Both the position numbers and the translations under genes were made by a program. Below the pieces are notes generated by a model. It was given only the letters and a program-made list of their open reading frames with translations, was not told the DNA's origin and did no database searches. From NCBI RefSeq assembly GCF_032062105.1, contig NW_026925270.1, positions 186,001 through 250,000 of the forward strand: a stretch of 64,000 nucleotides of DNA. Reading direction: 5' to 3'. Source of the stretch: Saccostrea cucullata. Lineage: Eukaryota. This document shows, piece by piece, positions 38,310-49,642 of the stretch (position 1 is the stretch's first letter; the number at the start of each line of letters is the position of its first letter).

Positions 38310-38775
38310 GCTCCTGGGTATTAAATAAACTATGTACATAGTTATAATGAGCAAGAGTGCCTCTTCCAGATTTGTGAATTTTATGGCCCCAGGGTCAGGG
38401 GTTCTGGTGTTAGGGCGGGGCTCTATTGATTATATAGTGAAAATGCATTTATTCTTTGAAAATCTTCCTCTCTGCTTCTGAGTATTAAATAAACTAACTA
38501 AGCACATTGTTATGATAAGCAAGAGTGCCTTTTCCAAAATTGTGAATTTTATGGCCCCAGGGTCAGGGGTTCTGGTGTTAGGGCGGGGCTGTATTGAATA
38601 TATAGTGAAAATGCATTAATTCTTTGAAAATCTCCTTCTCTGCTTCTGGGTATTAAATAAACTAACTAAGTAGATAGTTATGATGAGCAAGAGTGCCTCT
38701 TCCAAAATTGTGAATTTTATGGCCCCAGGGTCAGGGGTTCTGGTGTTAGGGCGGGGCTCTATTGATTATATAGTG

Positions 38776-38809
<34 letters not shown>

Positions 38810-39608
38810 GCTTCTGGGTATTAAAAGTACATAGTTATGATGAGCAAGAGTGCTTCCTATAAAATTGTGGAATTTTATGGCCCCAGGGTCAGGGGTTCTG
38901 GTGTTAGGGCGGGGCTCTATTAATTATATAGTGAAAATGCATTTATTCTTTGAAAATCTTCTTATCTGCTTCTGGGTATTAAATAAACTAACTAAGCACA
39001 TCGTTAAAATGAGCAAGAATGCCTATTCTAAAATTGTGAATTTTATGGCCCCAGGGTCAGGGGTTCTGGTGTTAGGGCGGGGCTCTATTGATTATATAGT
39101 AAAAATACATTAATTCTTTGAAAATATTTTCCTTTGCTTCTGGGTTTTATGCCAATGATACAAGTATATATATTCATGATGAAGAAAGGTGCATCTAGCA
39201 AAGTGGGTTTTTTATGCCCCCTGGGTCGGGGGGGGGGGGTCACATAGTCTGAAAATAAATTAATGCTTTGACATCTGCTCTTTGGTATTAATCAACCATT
39301 TTATGATAAAATTTGCAAAATGTTGAAATATGTGGCCCCTGGGTCAGTGGTTCCTTTGGGGTGAGGTGCACAACTGGGTATAAAGTGGAAGTGCACTTTC
39401 TCTTTGTTACTCTGATTTACCTCTGGGTATTAAGTAAATAGAGTAAGCATGCTATGTTAATAATTATGATAAGCAATGGTGCCTCTTTCAAAATTGTGAA
39501 TTGTAAATTTCATGGCCTCTGGTTTAAAACACGAACCAAATTTAATTGTTTAATTGAAAGTTGTTACACGATACTCAGGTGACCTATAAGGCCCGTGGGC
39601 CTCTTGTT
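37817..39608 (+). mobile_element. Helentron-associated element (HINE) carrying an array of ~168-bp satellite units
   Basis: 5' tttaggtcacctgagtaactcaggtgacct hairpin (tandemly duplicated), gtccgtcgtc microsatellite, ~9 units containing atggccccagggtcaggggttctgg, 3' ctcaggtgacct..aggcccgtgggcctcttgtt. Confidence 0.9.
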
Positions 39609-41752
39609 ATTGTTAGTGTATGAATCCATTACCACTAAAAACCACATTATTTTTTTAAATAACAGAATAATTTTTGCAGAGAAAAGTTTTGTTTATCATA
39701 ATTTCACAAATCTCAGGGAAACTTTTAAAAATATAAATACTAAGTTCACAAACTGAATATGATTTTTCTTCATGTAAATGTATTATGCACGCCTTATTTA
39801 CCCATTTGATCAAAGGCAATTTCCAAGTTACTCATTAAATAGAATACTTTGTTGATTTCTTTCAAACTGCCAGGTACTCCCCTCAAAGTTTGAATTGCAA
39901 ATTTTACATATTAAACTAATTGTTTCTTCATTCATAAATTCATCGAATGGGAGGGAAAATCAACGACCAGAAAGATTCTTAGCTAGAAGAAATTGCTTTT
40001 TTCAAAACCTGTAACTGTAAACATCCGAGTTATAAAACTCTTAAGAGATCAAAACGCCGATACAGAAACTTAAGACAAAACAATCCATTAAATTTACTTT
40101 TGATGGTTGGGTCATAAATATTCTATGTCTACGCAGAGATTGTTTTCGTCGACCAAACTGTTGATGGTGACAATGTCCATATATTTTATGTCGATCCCCT
40201 ACGTAGCAAGGGTTGAGTACACTGATACTATAATGGATTGATTTATCTGTCATCTGCAATGTCTTTATTTGGATGAAAGGACTCGGTCTTGCATTTGTAA
40301 AGTATCGCAGATATTTTACATACTTGTTATGGGGCAAGTGTCTCCATATTAGAATAAATGACAGGTGGAATTCTTCAAATAACTTTTACTGCATGTAGTG
40401 CGCTTCAATATATTTGAAAAATTTAGAGAAAGAGAGGGAAAAAGAGAGATATTTCAATAAATGGTTTTAGAGGTTAATGAATTCACAAGAATAAACGCTA
40501 ACAATAGACACTAATAAATTAGGAAGAAAAAAAGATGTTGTCACGAACGAAATTGCTCATCTTTGTAATAAACCGAGTGCAAAGTTTAACGTACATTCTA
40601 CAATACACCAAGAGAACGATTATCTATCGATTTTTCTCCGTATTCTGCACTTTATCTTGATTTACACCTATTAAACGTGGAAAAATTGGCTATCTTATTA
40701 ATAATCCATGTTATAATGGAGAAATCATGACGCCCAGAAATAAAAAGACAATCTTCCAAGTCAGTGAGTGCCATCTTTCCTCAAGAACAGTACATGTACT
40801 GGAATAATTACTATACTTGTCACTGTACAAATGTTTAAACATTTTTATTTTAATTTTGCGTATCATTGACAATATGATTACGTTGAAGTATTGAGTTTGA
40901 GACAAAAAAAAATATCTCTTGATTAAACTATATATCATGTATTGTATGTATCGATTAACGAGCACAAACTACATGTGGCCTTTTTTTTTTTTTAGACAAT
41001 ATGAACGTCCTAAATTTTTATTCTATCGACATCAAAATATATTTCTACACTGTTTTGATCCTGAAATGTCAACAGATTTTAATTTCATGTCGCATTAGAT
41101 CTTAACATTAATTATCAAAATTGCATTAGCTTCATTTTAGACGGAGCAGGTACTTTTGTGCGTCATTAATTTTTTGTAGCAATTGAAATATAGGCCCATA
41201 AGCAATTAAGAATATTAAATAAAGGACTTCATGTTACAAGTACTTTGAATTTAATCCATTTAAGTTTAAAACTGAAGTAGTACTGTAGAACACTGTACAA
41301 GTCTTCACACAAGACATGAATGGCACATAGGCCATTAGCCCATAACTCTTGCTGAAAAATATACAAACATATATATTTGGTTAATGAAAAAATTAATGAC
41401 ATAAATCCAGTGCATCCCATGGCAGTACGACTTACATATCTAAAAAGACATACTCTTTAATCAGTCAACAGAATTAAATTACAGGTATATGAATACTGAA
41501 CAGTTACGTCTTCATTAATTTTCTTGTTTTATGAAAATTCCATTTATTGAGTCTAATTTCAAATCGTCACAACCTCCAATAAAGTGAAGCACTGATATTC
41601 TATCAAATGATGTGACAGGGAAATTTTCTCAAAGGTACGATAAATATATGTGCATAGCTACATGTATAAAAAGAAATCTCTGTCGTGCACAGGATTTAGC
41701 ATAAACCATTTACAAGCCCAGTAGCTTAGAGCACCATAAAGGGAATCCTGTT

Positions 41753-42901
41753 TTATTGCACATTGTCCTTCAGTAAGGTCCTAACTTCTGGTTTTTTGCT
41801 GATGTATTTCCCTGTATATCTAAGAGAATAGTAATCATCCAATCGAATGTCACCAAATATTCGTTTCATACCGACATAATTCCGGAAATCTCTTTCTTTT
41901 GGTGGTTTCCCCCTCTCGTTCTTATTTGTCACATCAAAATAAGAAAACTTGTAAGGTTCCGTGACGAGGGAATCGGGCAAGGTTTTTCGGAAATACTTTG
42001 ACCGAGCGTCCTGTAACGCCCGGATGTAAGCGTCTCTGTGGATGGCCGGATTAATGATTCCGTCCGTAACAACAAAATCGTGATGGTCTTCTGCTTCTTT
42101 TTTCTTGTTTTTCTTACTTTGTTTGCTCTTGGTGACTTTCTTCTTGCATGTGTGTCGGCGATCAGTGCCATTGTCTTTGAGTATTGGAGTTTCGTTCCCA
42201 TTTAGTGGTGGAGTTACAACGGGTGGGAGTTTCTCATACTCCAAATTTACATCGTCTTTTGTTTTGCTAAGCTTATTTTCCTTTGTTGCATCTTGAACAG
42301 TCTGTGATGATTGATGATTCTCAGGTGACGTCATAGTCTGAATACTGTGGAAACAAGCAGAATCTGGCAATGATCTGCTTTTTGGTATCTTACATTGACG
42401 AGCAAAAGTCTCCGTCAGAGAATGAATTTGCGCTTGCATACCCAGTAGAGCTGGACTTCCGGCAATTATTTTCTTAGGCGAACAGCTTCTTCGGGATTCG
42501 GGGTCGTTGGCATCGAACACGACATCCACTGAATCCATCGCCAACTCATGGTAAAGTTGAGTCATTGTCTGTTGTCGTTCTTTACTCAAGAGATCCACAT
42601 CGCAAGGTACCCCATGAGTATAACGCATGCGCACACCTGTATTTTCAACTAAACTGTGCTCACATGGAGAATCCGGGTCTGGCAATGAAACAGCTAACGT
42701 TCGAGTCCCAGCACTGCGGTTGCGGCTGTTAATTTGAACGAACTGACTGACGGCTGACTTTACGGTAGGGAAAGTGATTCTCCGATCACTCAAGGAGGTG
42801 TCTATATTTTTTAGTCTCATTGTTGCCGATTTCGGCCTCTGCCTGAGAAAATCCATTGGAACTATTTCTGTATGCTCACGAGGCTCTTGGTTAGGAAGCA
42901 T
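41753..42901 (-). CDS. Uncharacterised 382-aa protein, single coding exon, largely low-complexity/disordered
   Basis: Long ORF in an AT-rich background with raised GC, preceded by a strong poly-T/tag acceptor at ~42973. Contains RPKSA, a Lys-rich NLS-like stretch and a more ordered C-terminus (AYIRALQDARSKYFRK..PYKFSYFD). Confidence 0.75.
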   Translation of the reverse strand: MLPNQEPREHTEIVPMDFLRQRPKSATMRLKNIDTSLSDRRITFPTVKSAVSQFVQINSRNRSAGTRTLAVSLPDPDSPCEHSLVENTGVRMRYTHGVPCDVDLLSKERQQTMTQLYHELAMDSVDVVFDANDPESRRSCSPKKIIAGSPALLGMQAQIHSLTETFARQCKIPKSRSLPDSACFHSIQTMTSPENHQSSQTVQDATKENKLSKTKDDVNLEYEKLPPVVTPPLNGNETPILKDNGTDRRHTCKKKVTKSKQSKKNKKKEAEDHHDFVVTDGIINPAIHRDAYIRALQDARSKYFRKTLPDSLVTEPYKFSYFDVTNKNERGKPPKERDFRNYVGMKRIFGDIRLDDYYSLRYTGKYISKKPEVRTLLKDNVQ

Positions 42902-44383
42902 TTCTATATCTTTCTGTGTATTCAGTCTTTTCTATAGTCTCATCTGGGCAAACATAGAATATTTCATCTTGTCTACAAAAAAAAAAAAAATAAATAAATA
43001 AATAAAGATATCGAATACACGTGACCAATTTGATCTGCAATTCTTTTTTTGAATTTCATTTGTTGGATGTTCTTGAATTAAATTGACGGCAATAAAATTT
43101 TATTAAAGAAAAAAAACCTAGTTGGAGTACTAGTCATCTCTTTTCTTGATACAACACAAGCGAATTTATGTAAATTCGAAGAGTTTTGACTTTGATTAAA
43201 TACATTGATTAACTTAAAAAAACGCTTATGTTGTGCCTCTTGTTTCCAGAGAGAATACTACAACTCAGAAAAATGTACCATTTTAACAGAACCTAAATAT
43301 AAATCACTAAACGCAAGGGTTTCTTAATTATTGCAATCTTTGATTTTGGTCCAAGTGTCGCTCTCTCCTTTATGTGTTCTCCGATAAACAAACATAATTT
43401 CTTTTGTTTAATTATACTTGCACATATGTGAATCATATTTACTTTTGGAAGACTTCAAATTACACAAGGAATCTCCATTACGACTTAGAAAAGGACAAAA
43501 TAGAGTTTTAGTAACTTCATGCAGATGAGATGTTTCAATCGAAGAACTTTTTATGTGGTTAAGCGTTTAGAGCTTTTCATATTGAGAATTTTTTTAATTT
43601 TTGCGTTGATTGAAAAAAAAAAACATATTGAAAAACTCCTTAAAGATAAACATTTAAGAAAAATAAATCGGCTTGGTTTCCTTCATATCAATATTAAATT
43701 TCATTAATGTATCAAACGGTAAGTTATTCCTTGGCGGAAGTTAAGAACGGTTTGTCATAATAATAAATTTATAAGTAAATCCAATACCTACTATATTGTG
43801 TAGCATATAAATATCTGCAAATCCTTCGTAAAGCATGCAAGACTATCAAGACCATAAAAATAACAATCTTACAGACCACTTCTTGTAAATATAAATCTAC
43901 AAAAACTTCATGATTGATTTGTAAAACAGATTCCAATGGTTGCTTGGCAAACATATCAGATGTTTCGAATTTCTTATGGAATATTTTATCAGTATACTTT
44001 ATTAAATATATGCCGTAAACACCTGCTTGAATTTTTGTCAACTTTTAGGATTTAGGTCCTCGCTCCGATTTCCGCAAAACCCTTTTCACTAGATTAAAGT
44101 AAATATTAAATTATCCCTAAAAGTGTACAGTGTTTGTCTTTGAATTAGAGCATTCTACAACTGACAGATTACATTCTATTGAAAGGTTTACCAAAAGATG
44201 TGCAAACACTCCACAAAGAGACCTATTTGTTATTCTTTAAATTACCTTAATTCAGAATTTCAATAAACTCTCTCCGCATGTAGCAGTTTTTTTCTTTACT
44301 CCATTTATAAGAATTACTGAATAACAATACAAATTCCACGTTTACTCAGACAGGTCGGCCGCCTTAATCCTGGGCATCATTAA

Positions 44384-45097
44384 GGTTTCGTCAAAGATCA
44401 ACATGTCTAAAAAATTATTTTTACAATAGCTCCAAAACTTTGTGTGGTATAGCGTCAAAACGTTTACAGTTTATTAATATATCATTGATCAATAGATAGA
44501 AAGTATCACTTGATAACAAATATTTTAATAAAGATATTTTTTGTGAAAAATTGCATCAGAAAATGTGCATATTTAAAAAAAATGCACGTGCTTAATTCTG
44601 TCCTTTTTGTGAAAACCATCATTGCAGAAATAATATATGTTTATCATTGAAGGGCAAGTTGGACGTGAATGGTCTCTGAAAGGCTGTAATTCAAAGCATG
44701 GCATGTATAAAGACAAGGCCCCTATAGAATCCGCCATTTACAATGTACTTTCACTTTCAAGTCCTAACATTTGGACAAATTAAACAGGGAAAACAACTTT
44801 CCAGAGGCTATCCAAGTCCAACTTGCCCTTCATTGATAAACATATTTTGTTTTTGCAATGATGGTTTTCACTAAAAGCACGGAATTAATTAGGTGTATTT
44901 TTTGAAAATATATGCATTTTTAAGAAGAATTTTTCTCAATTAATATTTTTTCCAAGTATTATTTTTATCAAGTGATACTTTCTATCTGTTAATCAATGAA
45001 AAATTTATCAACTGTAAAAGTTTCAACATTATAAATCACATGGTTTTGGAGCTATTGTTAAAATAAATTTTTGGACATGTTAACCTTTGATGAAACC
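44384..45097. mobile_element. Near-palindromic MITE with ~280-bp TIRs and TTAA TSD (Kolobok-like)
   Basis: TTAA|ggtttcgtcaaag at the left end and ctttgatgaaacc|TTAA at the right end. Long inverted arms (e.g. gatagaaagtatcacttgataa / ttatcaagtgatactttctatc). Confidence 0.85.
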
Positions 45098-47052
45098 TTA
45101 ATGGGACACCTTCTATCAAACTCCTCACCGGATAGAAAATTTATACCGAGTTCGGAAAAGGATAAAATTCCTAATCCCGAAAACCAACCGAGAGACAGGC
45201 CAGATGATCGGTGTGCATTTGAAGTCCTTTTGAAGTGGGGGGCTCAATAAAAACTGCACGGAGACTATGTATTATGAATGACAAACAACTACATCGTAAA
45301 TCAGACACTGCCCCTTCGTGCACTTTTCTGGATGACAGGTAACGTATATCCGTGTAATGGAAACTGGGACACAGCTTTCGCCGTAGATTCTAACAATGCG
45401 GCTGCATGGCAACATTGGTTTATTTTCTACACAAATTAATTTTCTGATTTCTTGACCAACCAAGTGAAGTGGTGTTTTCAATTATACACCCCATATCCAA
45501 ATAGGCCTAGATTACATTTATACATTTAAATTCCAAATACGAAGCGTATAAAAATCAAGCTCTTTAAGTGTTATTTTAGATACATTTTTTATTCATATTC
45601 AATGGACAATCTAAATATTTCCTAAAATCAATTTCTTTTCTTAACTAACTGGGAAAAGATGCCATTAAACTTACCTAGAAAAATGTATTCTTGTTCTTCA
45701 AGTTTCCATACGAAATTAAGTTCCACATATTTTCTGTTCTTGTATTCCTTTTTAACATATATCCAAAAATGTTAATGCTGCCGATTTTCCATCAAATTCA
45801 GACATGGGTCATGTATGACAATAAGCTGGATGAACAAGAATATCCGATTTTAAAGACAGATCGACAGACCGGTCCCTATACCCTCCGTGTTATCCTCTTA
45901 CTCTGATTTACTAGCCATATTACCTTCCATCGTTGTATCATAACAATAAAACTATCTCTTTACCCCTATAAAAGTCAAACTTCTCCATTAGCTATCGATT
46001 TAGCAGACTATGTTGTCTACTTGTGGAGACATTGACATTAAACCATACATCATTCTAGACAACATATGCATTAAATACCCGCTTTTGTTTTTTTTTTACT
46101 TCAATTTTCACGAGTAATCAAGCAAAACAGAATCTTTTTCTACCCGTTCTTCAAGGTAGAGGCTGGTACATGATACCAAAGAACTTGGGCGATTAAATCG
46201 GATAATGGTCCACAACATCCGTTGTAGGAGAGGATGAATCCGCTGGTCTGGTTTACTTTAATTACCGACCATTTCCCTTGTTAGTATTTTTATCTGGGAA
46301 ACTAATACACTTCGTATCGATGGGGTATGGTCCCTCTGAAGATTAATAATATCGGTGTACTTCAGGTTTCAATTGGTCCTTGAAATCTAATTGATAAATG
46401 ATATGCTCTAAATAATTAAAATACTACAAAGTAATTAATTTGTCAAGGTTTTGGTCAAAGGAGTACGTTTCCGCCTATTAATAAAACACAACCTTTACGT
46501 AAGTGTTCAGTACCTTTGATTGTTTGCCCTTTAAGACGGGAAACTGGTTCTTAATAAAAGAGAAAAATTAAAGAACAAAAAACATAGACTTATCGGATTG
46601 TTGAATGATGCAAGGTTCAGGTGTGTTCAGGCAATCTTCAAACAACGCACGGTCTAGTCCATGCATTAATAATAGTTTGGAAACATACTCAGTGTTGAAT
46701 TGAGAAGTAATTCTTGGCTCTTATTTCTTGCTTTTATGAAAACTTCTTTGTACAGCACGAATAATCATGTAAACAGTTTCCCTACAGTGTAACGGAAATC
46801 AATTGTACATATCTGCGGTTTACCTGAAATTGTGTTTTCCTTTTCAATTATTCAATTATGAAATCAAAAGAAATGTCTTTAAAGAATCAATTAAGATTTT
46901 TCAATTGCTTATGAATAAAACAAACTTTTGAAAATGTTTTGGTTTCTCCGGCGGTGCAGCAAGCTTTCTCTTTTTGTGAAAACTACGGGAAAATTAAGGT
47001 CTTTGCATGCCAGTGAGATTGTAAATGCAATCCTTGGTATGGGGCACTATGA

Positions 47053-47080
47053 TTTTAGCTCACCTGAGCCGAAGGCTCAG

Positions 47081-47113
<33 letters not shown>

Positions 47114-47165
47114 TGTCGTTGTCAACTTCGTCGTCGTTGTTGTCGTTAACTTTTCACATTTTCGA

Positions 47166-47221
<56 letters not shown>

Positions 47222-47921
47222 AGGTAAAGGGGATTGTATTCCTTATTCAAGGGAAAATAATTCAGAAATAATGAAAATTTGATGGTATGTTTTAAAAATC
47301 TTCTTCTCAAGAACCACTGTGTCAGGAAAGATGAAACTTATAGGGAAGCAACCTCAGGTAGTGTAGATTCAAGTTTACACAAAACATGACCCCTGGGGGT
47401 AGGGCGGGGCCACAATGGCCGATCAAAGTTTTACATAGACACATATAGGAAGATTCTTTAAAAATCTTCTTCTCAAGAATAGCAAAGGCATGAATGATCA
47501 TAATTATATTGAAGCATCCTCAGTTAGTGTAGATTCAGGTTTGTTCAAATCTGGACCCCTGGGGGTAGGGCATGGAATCCAATTTTTACCTAGAAACATG
47601 TAGAAAAAATCTTTAAAATTCTTCTTTTCAAGAATAACAAAGCCATGATTAGTCCTGTTCATTTGGAAGCATTAACAGGTGGTGTAAGTTCAATTTTGTT
47701 TCAGACATGACCCCTGGGGGTAGGACTGGGTCACGATGTAAGTTCAAATGTAAAGGGCAATAAAGCCACAGAGAGTCAAAGAAATATGCAAGCATCCTTA
47801 GTTAGTGTAGATTCAAGTTTGTTCAAATCATACCCTCTCCCTCTTAAGGATTGGTTTGGACCACTGTTGGGTTTAAATTTTCAATAATAAACTGATTTCT
47901 GTTTTGTTCCTAGCCACATTG

Positions 47922-47952
<31 letters not shown>

Positions 47953-47956
47953 CGTT
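47053..47956 (+). mobile_element. Helentron-associated element (HINE) with ~4 degenerate satellite units
   Basis: 5' ttttagctcacctgagccgaaggctcaggtgagct, cgtcgt microsatellite, units with gtagtgtagattcaagttt..catgacccctggggg, 3' gctcaggtgagcgatgtggcccatgggcctctcgtt. Confidence 0.9.
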
Positions 47957-47959
47957 TTA

Positions 47960-48232
47960 ATTTCCTTTTGAGAATTGTTCACTCATATTTATATTTTCAA
48001 TTCCACTTGCCGACGATGAGCTGCAGATTTAGGCCTGTCAGTGTACTCGGTCCTTCCGGCATTTGAGTTTGGAGGGATCGTTTTTGTGCCAGCACCTACT
48101 AAAACAAGGGACCTCGGTTTCTACAGTCTAATCCGAAGGACCGATCTCCACGTTTCGCATTTGGATTCGAACTTGCGGCGTAAATATCAACTCCTTACTC
48201 CATGACTCTAGACTTAGCGCTGTAACCACTGT
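47960..48232 (-). mobile_element. tRNA-derived SINE
   Basis: On the minus strand: A-box-like cagtggttacagcgct and B-box gttcgaatcc. The body is homologous to 57600-57750 (ggcac.aaaa.ga.ccctcc..ctcaa, gagtgaa...ttctc). Confidence 0.7.
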
Positions 48233-48689
48233 AAATTATTCCAAAATATGGCCATTGAAGGTCGCTTTGCTTAAGGTTTAGTGATCGTATGCCTCATAGT
48301 GTTCAAAATACACCAAAGTTTAAGATTTCAGAATAGCAATCAGATTTAAAAAAGACTGCCAGCACACACCCCCCCCCCCTCCCGACCCCACTGCTGCAAC
48401 GTGCCTGTACATTAAATGCATGTGCAATTTAAACAATTGAGAAAACACAGTTACAAAATTCCAGAAGGTTAAAATGATCTACTTTCGGTTTGTCACATAA
48501 TGTGCATCAACTGATCTAGTCAATAGTCATCATGAGAAAAAAATATCCACGTTTCCAGTTTTTATATTAGGTTGATTTTAATTAAATTGACCATGAGACC
48601 TCGCTCTTTGTCTAATCTTAGTTTGATGTCTTCATAGATCTATGAAAGTTAAAGTTGCAATGTATACTCATCATTATAGAATATCAGCA

Positions 48690-49020
48690 GTCTCATTTTA
48701 ATTCATCATTTCGTAAGTTCTATGGGCGATACAATGACCTTGTCAGCAAATATAATTTATCATGATTGAGTCAAATGCTGACTGACGTTTTTCATACTAC
48801 ATGTAATTATTAATACACTGAATTGACGACGGATTTTTCCGTTTTTTTTTTATCATGACAAAGAGCACAAGGCAAGAGTGACCGGTAGACTGGGGATGCT
48901 CACTCCTCCATGGCACCCGATCCCACCTCTGATGTTTTGGAGGTCCGTGTTTGCTCTGCTCCTATTTTGTATAGTTTTATGGACTTTTGATTTTGAATAC
49001 TGTTCGTTATCTCCATATGT
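48690..49020 (+). mobile_element. Penelope-like retroelement 3' fragment
   Basis: Decayed reverse-transcriptase C-terminal peptide SSFRKFYGRYNDLVSKYNLS, followed by the conserved tail tgaccggt..ggggatgctcactcctcc..cacc.gatcccacctctgatgttttggaggtccgtgtttgct. Family assignment is from memory of the peptide motif. Confidence 0.6.
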
Positions 49021-49642
49021 TTCGTGTAAAAGATTGTTTAAAATCTGCCCATCAATTTTTTTCCATTATGCCCAGTTTCTTTTTTTTGGGGGGGGGGGGG
49101 GGGGTCTAGCCATTTTATTTATTTTCAAGCATCAGAAATCGTCCTCGTTTAATATTTTGTCAACGTTTGAATAATTAAATAAAAGTACTTGCCAGGCCAA
49201 AAACAAAATAATTTAGTGACAAATCCAATATTGAAGAAGAGGTTCTTGATTTGATCATCAAACCTATGTGTGTGCTACATATAATAATAAAGATGTCAGT
49301 CTGTATATAACAAATTTATTAACTGTAATACATTGTATGGAGAAATTTAAAAATGTTGTTCAAATAATAACAAAATTATTAAAAGACTATAAAAATAAAA
49401 CAACGTAAAGGAAATTCCAATAACTTCAATAAATCATATATAAAATCTATACAATAAATTAGAGGTAATGAAAAAAAGATTGAGCAAAAATATACTTTTT
49501 CTATACATAAACATTGGCTGGATTGATAGCCAGACATAAAAATATCTATTCAGATATTTAATATCTAAATAAGAAATTGAAAAAGATCTGTTGAGATTAT
49601 CACATAATATCCATATACTGGTAATTTATTGTTATAGACATA

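Noticed and set aside
38053-39113. Repeated ORFs FMAPGSGVLVLGRG
   Set aside because: They are translations of satellite units inside a HINE.
40041-40380. 98-aa minus-strand ORF with slightly coding-like composition
   Set aside because: No ATG start, no recognisable motif, and no phase-consistent partner exons found. It may be a pseudogene or UTR but cannot be supported.
43769-46790. Short ORFs and exon-like stretches upstream of the orphan gene (43769-44041, 45272-45481, ~46143-46378)
   Set aside because: The exon-like segment has stops in all frames and no homology was recognised. At most these are non-coding exons.
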